A stretch of DNA of 64,000 bases from Rhynchobatus australiae. Lineage: Eukaryota. A model generated the notes under the pieces. That model saw only the letters and a program-made list of their open reading frames with translations, was not told where the DNA came from and did not search any database. Shown here piece after piece: positions 38,446-52,399 of the stretch (its first letter is position 1; every line of letters begins with the position of its first letter). The DNA lies in the NCBI GenBank assembly GCA_034780895.1, contig JAUZTB010000001.1, positions 24,256,865 to 24,320,864 on the forward strand, written 5' to 3'. The translations under genes and the position numbers were made by a program.

Positions 38446-40084
38446 GTTTTCTGTTCCATTGCCTGCAACATGAAGTTGCATTTCACTGATGTTGCTCTGC
38501 TTTCCATTCAGATTTCTTTGATATTCTCAGTGTCAGTTCACAAGTGCCTCTTTTAGTGCCTGTATTTTTTTTATTCTTTGAATAATGATGGTAATAGGGC
38601 CCTGTCTCTCCCTGTCCTTACAAAATGATATGTCCTTTTACAAGCTCTGGTGGGCCCCAGTGAATGGAAATTACTGGATTACATCCTGAAGACTTTTTGT
38701 TGTTAATATCTATTTTTGTAGGTTCGAAAGCACTGAATTTAATATGTGATTGTCAACTGCAGTAAATAGATCAGACCCTGGAGCTAACATTTGTTGCACA
38801 ATTTCAAGATGTGTTGGATACAGGACTCAGCAAATTAACTTTGAAAGATGTAGATCAATGTTATATCAAGTAATAGCTTGTGTCACACAATATTCATCCT
38901 ATTGATCTTTGTTAAAGCAAACCAAACCTAAACTCAGTTTTTTTCCAAAGTTTTCTGTGTCCCTTAATTTCCATGCCAGTCAGGCTCAGCATTTCTTAAT
39001 TATAAGGATAACANNNNNNNNNNTCTTTCAGGACAGGTGAATTGGTGGTTTAACTTTGGTGTACAGTTGATTGCAGCTTGTTCCTTAAACTAGACTGAAT
39101 AACATCTTGTCCCTGCTCTTGCCAAATTTTCAGCATTAAAAAGGATTTGTTTTGTTAAATGTCCAAAATAGCAGCGGGGGTCCCTCTAACTGGCTTAATA
39201 GGAAAGTAAAAGTAGTTGGTAATTCAAAATGTGGTTGATAATTTACAATCAGTGCTATCAAATTAATATCCAATTTCCCTCCACATTTGTTTTATCCTCT
39301 CGTATTGAAATTGCCGGTCATCAGTGAAAGGTAAAATCAGACGATCTAGAATGGACAGTTAATTCATTTGCCAATTTTAAAACATTGTTCAAAAATAATA
39401 TGACTCCATCTATTTGATTTGACACTAAAACAGAGAAGAAATCTGGCCCCTATTCATCCTGTCTCCGAGAAATGTTGAAAGAACAGTGCAATTGAATCCT
39501 ACATTAGAAAGGAAATGTTATGTTGGAATACCGCTGGCACAGAAGCCTCCAATCTCCTCTTTTTGATTAGAAAAAAGAATGATACCCCCTTTTTAATCAT
39601 AAACAATCCTCTAAATGAGCTGCATTTTCAGATTGTATAGTTCAAACTCACAGATGAATGTGATATCATTTGCAGGTCATGATTTAAAAAGAATGTCAGA
39701 CATTTCCTATTTTTCTCTTGGAGCAAGGTTTCTGCTCACAAGACCCTAATGTCTGTTGACAGCATTATTCTTCATGTTGTTGACCCCCACAGTTAATCTC
39801 ACTGTTTAAACTTGCCAATAGGGAAATAATATATTGCTAGGATAGTGTCATATTTCTTGGCAGTTAGCATGACTTAGAAACTCATTCCCCTGGGATTGAC
39901 AAATGCTATATGTACATTTCAAAATTCAATTCAGCCTCCTGGCATTCATTTTTTATTCATTTATTGAGGAAATAGTTTATTTACTCCCACATGGGTACAT
40001 AAAGAAACTAAAGGAGCATATTTTTTTCTGCCATTCACGGAGCTTGTGGCTAATCCGTGAGTTAACTCCTTTGTCTAAATTTGT

Positions 40085-40371
40085 CCCGTACCCTTTAATT
40101 AAATAGATTATCATTAATACTTTGATTCCCAACATTCTCAGCAACCTCCCACAGATTGGAGCACTAACCTACACACTAGGGATAATTTACTGCTTGTCAA
40201 GGGTTTGGGATGTCTTTGGGATGTTGAAGGAAACTGGAGCATCCAGAAGAAAACCAGGCAATCACAGGGAGCATGTGCAAATTCCACACAGACAGTACCT
40301 GAGGTCAGGATTGAGCCCTGGTCTCTGGCATTGTGAAGCAGTGGCTCTACTAGCTGCATCACTGTGCTGCT
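40085..40371 (-). mobile_element. HE1-type V-SINE
   Basis: gtctttgggatgttgaaggaaactggagcatccagaagaaaacc...caaattccacacagacagtacctgaggtcaggattgagccctggtctctggcattgtgaagcagtggctctact. Confidence 0.88.
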
Positions 40372-41077
40372 CAAATAGACTGCAGCATATTATTGTGGGA
40401 CACAGTGGACCTTGAGTGGCATCAATGCTACAGATGGAAGGAATTAAGATCTTGCCCACAGACTGCCCTGATGGCCTTTTAATAGTTTATGCTGTCTGGC
40501 CTCTTCATCATTCCCAAATGTCTTGAGTGATAGTTAATTTGGAAGAAAGTTAAGGAAATTATCTAAAGATAAATGATGATATTGACATGAAAATGCATGA
40601 AGCTGCTCCTTTTAATCAAAGACAAATGTACATTGAAATAAAGAAAAATAAACAAGAAACAAACTACTCACCCTTACCTTTTGAATGAAGGTTAGTGACA
40701 CCATTCAAATGAATGTGGAAATGCTAGACATGCAAGGCACAATGAATGTACACTTGAGGGCTTAGATACAAATTGTCTCTAATCCTTTGTTCAGCACCTT
40801 ACTGAATGTCCCTGCACTTGATGATGAGTCCAGGAATAGAATGAGAAGTGAACTCTACATGCAACTGCAATTCCCCAACCATGTTGAAGAACAAGTGTGG
40901 AAGTATAGAAGGCATTGTCACACTTTTCAGATGGCTGCTGGCTTACTGCAGATGCATTGGCTAGCCATCAATAATGAACTGACCCAATGGTTTAACTGTT
41001 GTCACAGCAATTTTGAGACTAGCAAATATGCTTCAGTGCAACAAGAATTAACGAAACATGAAAATAATCCGGATAAT

Positions 41078-41165
41078 GAAAATCTGAAATGAAACGAGAA
41101 AGTATTGGGGCTACTCACCTGATCAAGCAGCACCTGTGAAGAGAGTTAATGTTTTAGGTCAATGA
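41078..41165 (-). mobile_element. Penelope-derived terminal fragment
   Basis: aaatctgaaatgaaacgagaaagtattggggctactcacctgatcaagcagcacctgtgaagagagttaatgttttaggtc. Confidence 0.5.
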
Positions 41166-41475
41166 AGTGAATTAATGAAGCATTTATGAGCTGACGTTAT
41201 TCATTATTATAAACCTGAATAGAGAAACTGACTGAAGACATGAAAAGAATACAATAATATAAGCAACAAGCCTAAAAGTTTTTCAAGGAGGAATTAATTC
41301 CTTGATGTGTTAATTGCAATACAACTCTATGGAACCCTATTTTTAATTGCTTATAATTATTATGGTTATTTGCACTATTGTATAAAAATAACACATTGAT
41401 AATTATCATTAAATACTGTTGTGGAGAACAACCAAATGGGGAATCAAAACAAAATAATAGATTGTCATTTCCTAA

Positions 41476-41739
<264 letters not shown>

Positions 41740-43234
41740 GTAAGTAAATTGGAATCTTCACGACACTTGTCCATAATGATTGTGAGAACTTTATAATCGT
41801 GACTGGTTGGCAATGCATGTCAATCTTCCTATAATTTGTGCACACTCCTTTCCACATTACCAAAGAAATAAAGTACATTTTAATTATACTTTTGGGACAA
41901 ATAACTGATATAGGAAACTTAGAAGCAACTAGTCTATGTACTGCTGGTATGGTGGGAACTCTTTTTCAGCATTGAATTGTAATTAGTCTCCAAAAAAAAC
42001 AGAATAATTTTAGCCCATCAATAGGTTTTATAATCTAGCAACTTCAAAAAAGTAAGAGATATTAAATAAAGAAAACTCCATGACTTAATTATTTAATAAA
42101 TCCACAAAGGTTTAAAACTGCTATTTCAGGCTTGAGTGATCATATATTAACAATGGCATGTTGATTTAATGTGACTCCCTTAACAACTAAAGAGCAAGGC
42201 ATAAGAGTTAAGTATCTCAATTCACAATAATGATGACTCAGTAAGTTCAGTGATCCTCTGCAGTGCTCATCAAAGGTGGTGAATCCAATAGTAATAGTGG
42301 TTAAGTAATCTTTTGAATAACATGCCTGTCATGCATGTATAAAATAAACACCTAATTGTCCAACACTGGAGTAAATGTTGTGTCAGGTATGCATGGTAAC
42401 ATATTGGTATTTGTCTCCAGGCACTGCATCTAAAATCTTCATGTAGGGGTGCTGATCTGTCATTTGAAAGCCCCTTCATGAAACTGATCTATCCAGAACC
42501 TAGAAACAACAAGGCACTTGCAATCAGTATCACATCAGATCATTTTCCTTTTCCACAGATGCTGTCTGAACTGTAGATGTTTTTATTTTCTCCATCATTT
42601 TCTGATTATATAATCTATATCTTAACCCATGATCCACACTATTTCTGTGCCACAGAAGGAGAGGCNNNNNNNNNNNNNNNNNNNNNNNNNNNNNNNNNNN
42701 NNNNNNNNNNNNNNNNNNNNNNNNNNNNNNNNNNNNNNNNNNNNNNNNNNNNNNNNNNNNNNNNNNNNNNNNNNNNNNNNNNNNNNNNNNNNNNNNNNNN
42801 NNNNNNNNNNNNNNNNNNNNNNNNNNNNNNNNNNNNNNNNNNNNNNNNNNNNNNNNNNNNNNNNNNNNNNNNNNNNNNNNNNNNNNNNNNNNNNNNNNNN
42901 NNNNNNNNNNNNNNNNNNNNNNNNNNNNNNNNNNNNNNNNNNNNNNNNNNNNNNNNNNNNCCGTTTCAGATGAGTAGATAAATTTGCAATGTATTATTTC
43001 AAAATATGTAGGAGTATTTTCTTCATGTTCTATGCAGTTTTTATCCCTTAATCATCATAATACCTGACATTTGTTTTATTGCTGCTTGTGGAACCTCGCT
43101 GTGGATTAATTAGTAGTTGCATTTTCCAAAATGCTTCATATTACTCCTCTCCAGGAATGGTGCCCAGGTCCCACTAGTAACTACACTTCAAAAGCAATCT
43201 GGATCTGTATAACACAGAATAGGTACAATGAAAA

Positions 43235-44000
43235 CATCACAGAATGACTACAACATGGAAAGAGGTCATTTGAACTGTTGAGCTCATACTAGTTCAATGC
43301 AAGAACAGTCCAGTTTATCCCACTCCCTGTCCTCTCCTCATGGCCCTGCAATTTTTTTCCTTACAAATTCTACATTTAAATTCTGTCTCTATTACTTGCC
43401 CTGGGAAGGCATTCCAGACCCAATCATTTGTTGTGTAAGTATCCTCATTCTCTGTCCCCAATTCTTGACCACTCTGCCAATGGGAAGAGTTTCTCTCTTT
43501 TTACCCTGTCTCTACCCTTAAGGGTTTTAGATAGCTCTCCTTCTGTTCCAGGAAGAACTCCCCCAAAGTTCTCCAGTCTACCGCCTAACTAAAATTCTTC
43601 ATTCCTAGAATCATTTTGATAAATCTCTTCTGTCCCCTCTCCAAGGTCTTTGTATCCTTCCTAAAGGCCCCAGAACTAGACACAATCTGAGATCTTAGGA
43701 ATGAGTTTTCACACAGAAGGTAATGAATAACTGGAATAAGCTAGCAGTGAAGGTCTTGGAGATAGGTATAATTACAATGATTAAAAGGTGTTTGGACAGA
43801 TATTTGGAGAGGAAAGGCATGGAGGGATGTGGGCTTTTATGAGAGCATATGGGATTAGCATAGATGGGCATCATAGTCGGCAAGCTGTTTCTATGGCGCA
43901 CTTCTATGATTCTATGAATACTCTGGTGGTGGCCAAACCAATGTTTTAATGTAGTACATCATGATACCCTTGCTCCTGCACTGTATACCTCACTAAACAC
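43235..44000 (-). mobile_element. Old CR1 3' region, interrupted by a + strand CR1 tail at 43687-43916
   Basis: ctctccaaggtctttgtatccttcctaaaggccccagaactagacacaat, then the insert, then aatactctggtggtggccaaaccaatgtttta. Confidence 0.7.
43687..43916 (+). mobile_element. CR1 3' tail (nested)
   Basis: gagttttcacacagaaggtaatgaataactggaataagct...tttggacagatatttggagaggaaaggcatggaggg...ttctatgattctatg. Confidence 0.85.
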
Positions 44001-45129
44001 TTCCCTCGAGTCCAAAATAAAAACAAGCTTCACTTCCTCTATTTTCACTTAGAAAGCAGCATTTTCAGAACAAAAATGAAGAATAATCAAAAAAGTCCGA
44101 GATCTGTTCAATTCACCATTTTATTTCCCCTTTTTATTTTCTGTTTCACTTTCCATTCCTTTATTATTTCTTATCTTTTCTATTAATTTTTGTAGAAAAA
44201 TCATGTTAACCTCTTTCCTCCAATCTCCTGGAACCTATTTTATTGATAAAGTAATAAAAACGTGTTGTAAAAAGCTCCAATTGTAGCCTTCCAGCCAACC
44301 AAAAGATGAGAGAGCAATGATGGGCATAATTAGATAACAGATGAGACCAGTCAATCACTAGAATAACTTTATATATCCAACAAATTATTAAACATATCAA
44401 ATTACATCTTGGCTATATTAGGCTACAAAACAGAAAGAAAAGGAGACAATGGTGAATGATTAAAATCAATCATTTTACCATTCATTAATTTAATATAGAG
44501 AGGTACTTATAAGAACATTTTCACCCACAATGTTATAATTATTGTGTAAGATACTATCTAAATTAGTACTTAAAATGATTTAGACTTTTTAAGCCCTTGA
44601 AAGTAAGTGTCATGGAATCTTCTTTGCATATTATTAATTGGTAGATGAATNNNNNNNNNNNNNNNNNNNNNNNNNNNNNNNNNNNNNNNNNNNNNNNNNN
44701 NNNNNNNNNNNNNNNNNNNNNNNNNNNNNNNNNNNNNNNNNNNNNNNNNNTGCATATTATTAATTGGTAGATGAATGTCTGCCGGTGAGACTGGACTATT
44801 AACCTTTTTAAAATTTAATTCAAAGCCTAGTTATGAATTTGGTGATGGCCAGAAGAATTATAATTCGAAGAAAGAAATGTACAGTAGGCAGAGAAGACAA
44901 GAAAGGAAAGAATGATATTTAATTGAAAGAAAAGAATTGGGAAGAAAACGTACAATTACTGAGGTGTAAATTGAAAAGAACAAGTATTTGCAAACATGGG
45001 ACACTGGCAGAAATTTCTTTACTTAAAGAATTGTTAAAGCTTGGTATACTTTGCTTTGAGCACTCAGTACCCCACTTCTGCCCTACTTCTGTCAATAATA
45101 GTGTGTTGTGGATGTAGTGTTTTCCATGT

Positions 45130-45405
45130 TAGAAAGCAGTCCATTAAGACTTCCCTGCCAAATCAAGAATTTCTACCACTTAGAAGAACAAGAGCAGTAA
45201 TCCCTTGGGAATTACTACCATCTGTAGATGCCCTTCCATATCACGTACCATCCAGATTTGGAAATTCATTATTACTTCATCATCACTGGGGCAAAATTCT
45301 GGAATTCCTAACCTCATGTTGCTGATAGAGTACCTTCACAAGGTCACTCACTGCTACTTTCTAAAGGGCCATTCATGGTGGATATTAATATAGTCCTTAC
45401 CAGCA
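45130..45405 (+). mobile_element. CR1-Zenon/L2-like LINE 3' end
   Basis: LPLRRTRAVIPWELLP; accatccagatttggaaattcatt...catcactggggcaaaattctggaattcc...ttcacaaggtcactcactgctactttctaaagggcca. Confidence 0.6.
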
Positions 45406-46674
45406 GTGTCCATGTCTTGGGAAAGAATTTTTACAAAGGAAATGTTCAAGACTGACGATATTACTTCTACCTTTTCGGAAGATTGGACATGTATGTAAAT
45501 CAATTTTAAAGCATAAAACAAAATATTGAATCCAGTGTGCAATTATGAGATCAGAATTATGTTGGTGAATGTAGCAGTAAACAAGATAGTGTGAATTCAA
45601 AGGCTTTTTAAACAGCACATTTTAATGGTTCATACAACACTTTATTAAGGTCTGGCTGGAGTATTTCAAACTCATTCATATCTGTTAATTATTTTCATAT
45701 GCAATAATTGCTGCTGCTAGGGCAAATTTTGCAGCCATTCTCCCTTTCTCTCTCCTTTTCTGCATATGGTGCAATATAATTTTAAACTGCTTGAATTTAG
45801 ACAGCAGAGATTAACATGTGCCTTACTTTGTATTGTGGAGAAAAAGAGTGTGATTTTAAAGAGAAGGCAGAAGCATTAACTCAACATGAGGTATTATTTG
45901 TGCCTGCCCAGTTTCAATAGTCCAAGCTTATATTGCCCTTGACACTTGGAGCATGCCACAGGGGCAGCAAGAAATTGCACATCAACAGCACTTACAGAAT
46001 GTTGAGAAAAGATGATGGGGACATTTAGAAAAGTGCAGCCACTTAAAGATAGGTGGCGACTACAGAGGAACAAAATTGTTTCTGCTTTCAAAAGAGCAAT
46101 AAATATTTTCAAGCAATTATTTAAAGATTTTTTAAGCATAGAAGGAAGACCTTATCATGGTTATGTTGGTGTTTTGCATGATCAAGGCAAACCTATTCCA
46201 TTGCCCCACTTTCTGCTGAGAATCTTTTATAGCCTTTGAAATATTTTGTGCATTTTCCACCGATGATGCAATGGTCTCTGCTTCACCTTGTGTTATAGCA
46301 AGTTACTTTGTGCTACAATAACCCAGCATAAAGACATTGCTTTGTACCTTGCTACTTATTTTCTCAGTGATGCTTTTAACTTGATAACTCCCTCATCACT
46401 GGCTCCCTGAGGGTAGTAAGTACTCTTCCTTCAGTCATACTGATACCAGTGCTTCATTAAATCTGTTATTTTTTCTGTTCCAGTGGAATAACTTGTTTTC
46501 ACTGCATGACTGTATTCCTCCTCCCCCAATAAACAACAGTGGATTTATGAATCCAAAACCAGCAAAATAGGAAATTGTACGTTATCTCAATAGTGTGTTT
46601 TATTGGCCAAGACTTCAAAACTCACTTTGCAAAGGCTTGATCATGACACCACTGTGTTCCTTGAAAAGAATAAC

Positions 46675-47022
46675 AGAGAGAGAGGGATATAGTACAGAAG
46701 CAGGCCCTTCAGCCTACCAAGTCCTTGCCTACCAGAAAGGACCTATTTACATTAATCTGATGTTAGTCGCACTTTTCATTCTCCCCACATTCTCATTAAC
46801 TCACCCTAGATTCTACCACTCACTTACACAATAGGGACAATTTACAATGGCTAAGTCACCTACCAATGAACATATCTTTGGGATGTGAGAGGAAACTGGA
46901 GCATCTGGAGAAGAACTATACAGTCAAAGGGAGAACATGCAAACTTGATGCAGACAGCACCCGAGGACAGGTCTTTGGTGCCTCAAGTCAGTGGTTCTAT
47001 TAACTGCACATCTGTGCTGCCC
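46675..47022 (-). mobile_element. HE1-type V-SINE
   Basis: agtacagaagcaggcccttcagcctacc (tail)...ctttgggatgtgagaggaaactggagcatctggag...gggagaacatgcaaact...cagacagcacccgagg...ctgtgctgccc. Confidence 0.88.
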
Positions 47023-47364
47023 AATCTTTCAATTTTGTGTTGAATGAGATTGTAACATAAAGATGCAAGATAATTAATGAAGTTGTGCAAGCACAGTGCA
47101 AATCCATGTAAATCAATTTTTAGCAGAGTCCACTGACTGCATAGCTTCTCAATTTTAATTCACTCGAATCCTGCTAAAACACATGACTGAAAATTCACCT
47201 CTGGCCATTCATTTTGGTGAATGAAAATAAGGATGACCACTTGAGGAACTGTTGATGGAAGGGAGTGAATCGAGGTACATCAGTGAACTATAAGGGATGT
47301 GATTGATAACGGACAAAGACCAACCAAGTATATATCTGTGTAGGTATTTTAGTAGAGAAACAAT

Positions 47365-47485
47365 AGAATGCAGATGTTGGAATCTAGATCAAATAACAAC
47401 AAGGTGCTGGAGGAATTCAGCAGACCAGGCAGCATCCATGAAGAAAAACAGATGGTCAATGTTTCGGGTCAGACACTTCTTCAAG
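47365..47485 (-). mobile_element. Penelope-like element terminus with a hammerhead-like remnant
   Basis: Reverse complement: cTTGAAGAagtgtctgacccGAAACATTgaccatc...ggatgctgcctggtctgctgaattcctccagcacc. Confidence 0.7.
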
Positions 47486-50065
47486 NNNNNNNNNNNNNNN
47501 NNNNNNNNNNNNNNNNNNNNNNNNNNNNNNNNNNNNNNNNNNNNNNNNNNNNNNNNNNNNNNNNNNNNNNNNNNNNNNNNNNNNNNNNNNNNNNNNNNNN
47601 NNNNNNNNNNNNNNNNNNNNNNNNNNNNNNNNNNNNNNNNNNNNNNNNNNNNNNNNNNNNNNNNNNNNNNNNNNNNNNNNNNNNNNNNNNNNNNNNNNAG
47701 GCTACTGGGAGTTTGACTTTCTCTGCTGGCCTGCTTTCTAACTGCAAACAGGTTGATAAAAAGAAACAAAATCAGAATAAAACATGAACTGCTATTTTTC
47801 CACTTGCCACTCCTTTTTGAGCAGGATTCACAATAAGCAGACAGTACTCCTGCCAATACAGAAATTTCACTGACACGTAATAATCAGGATGCTGAAATGT
47901 AGACAAAATTCTGACAGTGCCCTGGCCCTCAATACATGTTTCATTTGAAGTTGAGATCTGACCTACTGGTACCAGTATATAAGAAGGTCAAATAAGAGGG
48001 ATTACTGGAGCCTATAAGGAAAAATTCTGTTGTAACAACCAAAGCAATATATTTCAGTGGCAGGGTAATGTTAAGTGCCCTTCACTGAGCTCGTAAAGCT
48101 CTTCCTAAACTTTTACACATCAATTTCTGTGTACTCCAATTCAATGCAGGGACTTCTTAATTTTGAAAAAAAAAGAATAAAGAAGCATAGCAGTGCCATG
48201 AAGTAGATGTATTTGGATGTTAAATCATACAGCTCATTGGCATTATAAAACCCTAATTACGGAGTCAAATAAGTTCTTTTTTTCTAGTTATCTATCAACT
48301 GTTTGTTGGTGAAAATAAAGCACTGTGATTTTTTAAATTCTAGAAATATTTTAGGCTTTTTATGACAATGAGGAGCTCTATTATACAATTATATCTGTAT
48401 CCTTTTGTCGTGGGTTAGATTTCCCCTTATCAAGCAGTTTAGGACAATGTAAAATAATCCTTGGTAAATCTCATTTGTAATTCTAAGAGTCAAGAAGAAG
48501 AGGATTATACCCACCAGTGAGATGTTGATTGCATCTCAACAACTGCTTCTCAGTTAAAAATGTTTAACTTAATTTGAACAAATTCTTCATTACTCGCACT
48601 GGCAGTGTTGAAAACAGACATCAGTCTCCATCATGAGAGCAGAAGGTTTTCAAGTTTCCAATAGTCCTAATCTATCTTTTATAGCGTGTATTATCTGGCA
48701 AATGATTCGTACCTTCCTGTAAAATAGGTTAGTGTATGGTTCTTGTGCTTGTCACTTTGAAGGGGGTAGCTTATTTAAACTTTGTAGATTGCAGTGAAGC
48801 ATGAGCCTCTGTGGTTATTTTAAATTTAACAGCTGTCACCAAGAGTTTAGCCTGATGTTACAATTCTGGTCACAGTTCCTTCCCATGGCATCATGACAAC
48901 TGTGCCACCAAACGTCTGCTTCAAAAAATGCATACTCAACAAATGGGAAAGAACATATATCCAATGGAAGTGAAATATTCCTTTAAGGCACAATATCTAT
49001 AAAAAAAAGCACAAAAATATTGTGTGGTGGGAGGAAGTTGGAACTTTAGAAGGAACGAGATAAACAAGATAGCCATTGCTTTCTTCATATACACTCTAAA
49101 ATAGAGGAAGAAACATGACAACAAATCAGAAAGCCACAGTTAATGACACATTTGTTAATATCGAAGTCACAGATTATCAAATTTAAAGTGATGAAGTGAT
49201 TCAGTTAAATATTGGTGCTGTGGCTATTTTGCTNNNNNNNNNNTGCTGGCAATGCTGCTTTGGGTATGTTGACCATAAATTATATTTTCCAATTTAATTT
49301 ATACCTACATGGATGAACAATGACTTTAATACTAATTAAATCAATTTACATGGGAACAGATTTAGCTAAACAAAGCAAACCTCAGATATTCTAGGCAGTG
49401 AACAGAAGGTGGCTTCTTGAAGTCATAGACTAAGAATAAATTGCCTGCATTATGTTGCATGCCAATCTGTAATCAACCTTTTTAATTGCAGAGTATTACT
49501 CTTAACTGTGAAAGTAATAACAATGATGAATTTCAATGTGTTAGGCTTTTTTCTGCAACTTGAAAGAAAAGATTGAGCAGATATAAAAAGGCACTGAATT
49601 TGTAGCAGTTGATAAAAAAGATGTCAAAACCAACACTAAACGGACTTTCATACTCGATATTGCATCCATCGCTTTGGTTGATACTTTCATTTGTATGACA
49701 ATTTCTGTTTTGTGATTTGCTTATCTGTATTTCTCTAACAACCTGCATATGGATGTTTCAACTTTCACTTATTTATATATTTCAACATCATGGCATGGTA
49801 ACATGTACACAAAGAGGCCATTTGAGCACCCATGCAAGACTAATGCACCTTAATCTATTCCAATGGTCTTTCCCCACAACTCTGCAATTAATTATTTCTT
49901 TAAAGTCCTGATCCTGTTCCAAGACCTTATAGCTACAGTGGAAGGATTGCCATGCAGTTGTTGCTCAAATCATTATAAACAAGTGGACTAGTTTACTACA
50001 TCACAATCACATAAACTTAGAAACTGGATTTTACCAAATTTTAATACACTAAATGTTTTTCCCAA

Positions 50066-50560
50066 ATGCCATACTTGGAGTATTTCCCATACTTGGAGTA
50101 TTGTATACAGTTTTGGTCACCCTGTTATAGGAAGAATGTTATTAAACAAGAAAGAGTGCAGAAAAGATTTACCAGAATATTGTCTGGACAGGGGCCTGAG
50201 TTACAAGAAGTTGTGTAGACTAGGACTTTATTCACTGGAGCATAGGAGATTGAGGGGCAACCTGACAGAGGTATATAAGATCATGAGGGGCATAGACAGG
50301 CTGAAAGCACAAGGTGTTTTTTCCCAGGGACAGGGTGGTAAACACAAAAGGGCATAGGTTGAAGATCAGAGGTGAGAGATTTAAAAGGGACATCAGGCGC
50401 AGCTTCTTCACGCGAAGGATAGTGCATATTTGAATGACCTGCAAGAAATAATGGTTGTGGCAACATTTAAAGGCCATCTAGATAAATACATGAATAGGAG
50501 AGGTTTAGAGGGCTGTGGGCCAAGGGCAGACAGATGGGATGAGCTTCGACGGGCATGACT
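50066..50560 (+). mobile_element. CR1 LINE 3' end
   Basis: GLSYKKLCRLGLYSLEHRRLRGNLTEVYKIMRGIDR...RGERFKRDIRRSFFTRRIV...FKGHLDKYMNRRG. Confidence 0.9.
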
Positions 50561-51349
50561 CCATGCCAGAGTTGGAGTGGGGGTGGTGGAGATCACTAAA
50601 AGATAAATTGTGATATCCTCAGTTTAATAAATTGTTATTGTGATTTCTTCCCTTTAAGCTATCATCTCATTTCCACTTGGCCTGTTGCAAAGCAGTCAGC
50701 ATTTTAAAATGGATTTCTCCATGGCTGTCACTCAGCAGGATTGGCCTTTGGCTGTGATCAAACTCCATCACAACGTTGGGCTTGATTGGGCTGTTCACTA
50801 ATGACTGTGGGGTTGTAGTACTGCCTGCATGTAAATGAGGGAAAAATGGGGAGATGAGGGAAGGTAACAGTGCAGGGGAAGGTGCTCCTGACCTATTCCG
50901 TAGAGTGCCTTGATCAACCTTCCCCCCTGCCCAAAGCCATCATAAGCAGCACTGAGGCTATCGACCAAGGCATTGATGCTATAAGTGCTCAGAGTCTCAG
51001 AGCTACTGGCAATGAGACTTAAAATTACTGGGAAGAATTTAGAACATATAATAACAATGTGCCTTGAATTCCCACAAGGTTCACCACTTCCAGCGTATGA
51101 TCTTTGTTGAACTGTGAGTTAATAGTGAAGGTCATAAGCTAGTGTTTATCTGAACAATTTTGCATAGCCAGGAGGTAGCACTGAAATCGGTATCTTAATG
51201 CAGATCAGAACTTCAGGAGGGTACCAGTGAAATTTTTAATGATTGAGAGCTGATGTTACAGATGAAATGATGCTCATAAACTTTCAGAAGAAGGTTTACA
51301 CACATCTCTGTTCTTTAATCTACCTTTTGCTATTTTCCCCCCACTCAGA

Positions 51350-52200
51350 GCAGAGAAGTTGATGCCAAAGCATGAATGTTCCACATCTATGATACCTGAG
51401 TGGCATTTAGTTCTGTTGCTGATGGATCTGTCCTTGAAGGTCCTAATATTGTATGTCCTGGACATATTGGGGAGTGGAAGAGCCCTGAGTGTGATTTAAT
51501 GTAGGGGAGTCATTGCATACCAGCTACCACATGGACAGCGAGGTCTTGATCCAGGAGCAAGGGGAACCAAGGTGACAAAAGACCAGACTCTGTTGCAAGA
51601 ATATTAATGCTCATGTGCCAGTGGGTATGTGTGTGGGCACCTCTCAACGTTCAACACAAGGTTCAGAAACATATCTTGCCCTCAAGTACTTCCTCGCTCC
51701 ACTGCTCCCCTTCCACTCCCCCACCTACACATCCTCACCTTGACCCCTCTCACCCTTAATCCTTCCAATTCCCAAATTTCTTCTCTTTTGAAAAGAAATT
51801 TCTCCTCTTCCCTTCCCCATTCACTCTGCCTCCCAGACTCTCACCTTAGATCACCATCTTTCAGTCCTTGCAGCCCCTTCTCTGTGAGTACATATGTCCA
51901 CTTGCTTGGCTGAATTCCAGCTCCTCTCCCCACCCTTCTCTGAGCCTCATCTGAATGTGCTGTGCTACACCTTGCATGTTGCTGAATGGAACTAATCCAC
52001 TGAACCAGTGGAAAACTGTTCAGCCTGTGTTATTTCTATTCTAGGACCTGGGTTTCCCTAGCTCAGGAGCCAAGCTGTCATTTGCACAGTTCTTGCATTT
52101 GTGCATGTTAGGCCAAGCTCCAGTAAGCTGAAATGTATGAGAACATGGTCCTTGCACTCAAAAGCCACAAAACAAAAGTCCTTTACCAACCTGTCCAGCT
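51350..52200 (-). mobile_element. Probable ancient PIF/Harbinger transposase fossil
   Basis: Colinear remnants across frames: HFSLLEL...FSTGS...AG(F)SQASG..CTH...LNVE...TYP..HE..IL.QS...LLLDQD...MTPL...IRTFKDR. This follows the HARBI1 DDE-transposase motif order. Confidence 0.45.
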
Positions 52201-52399
52201 CCGCAGCACTTCCATCTGACAGAGTCTGCCTCAAGACTCTGGAGAAAATGTGGATCACTTCCTGGATGCCAGGACTCCTCAGTAAATGCAAATTTCTCTA
52301 ATGCTGGCCAAAGACTGTGCTAGTGCACAGAAGGTGATAATGAATTTCATTACATATGATTGCAAAGCAATGCCTATAACAGAGACTGTTCACAGTGAC

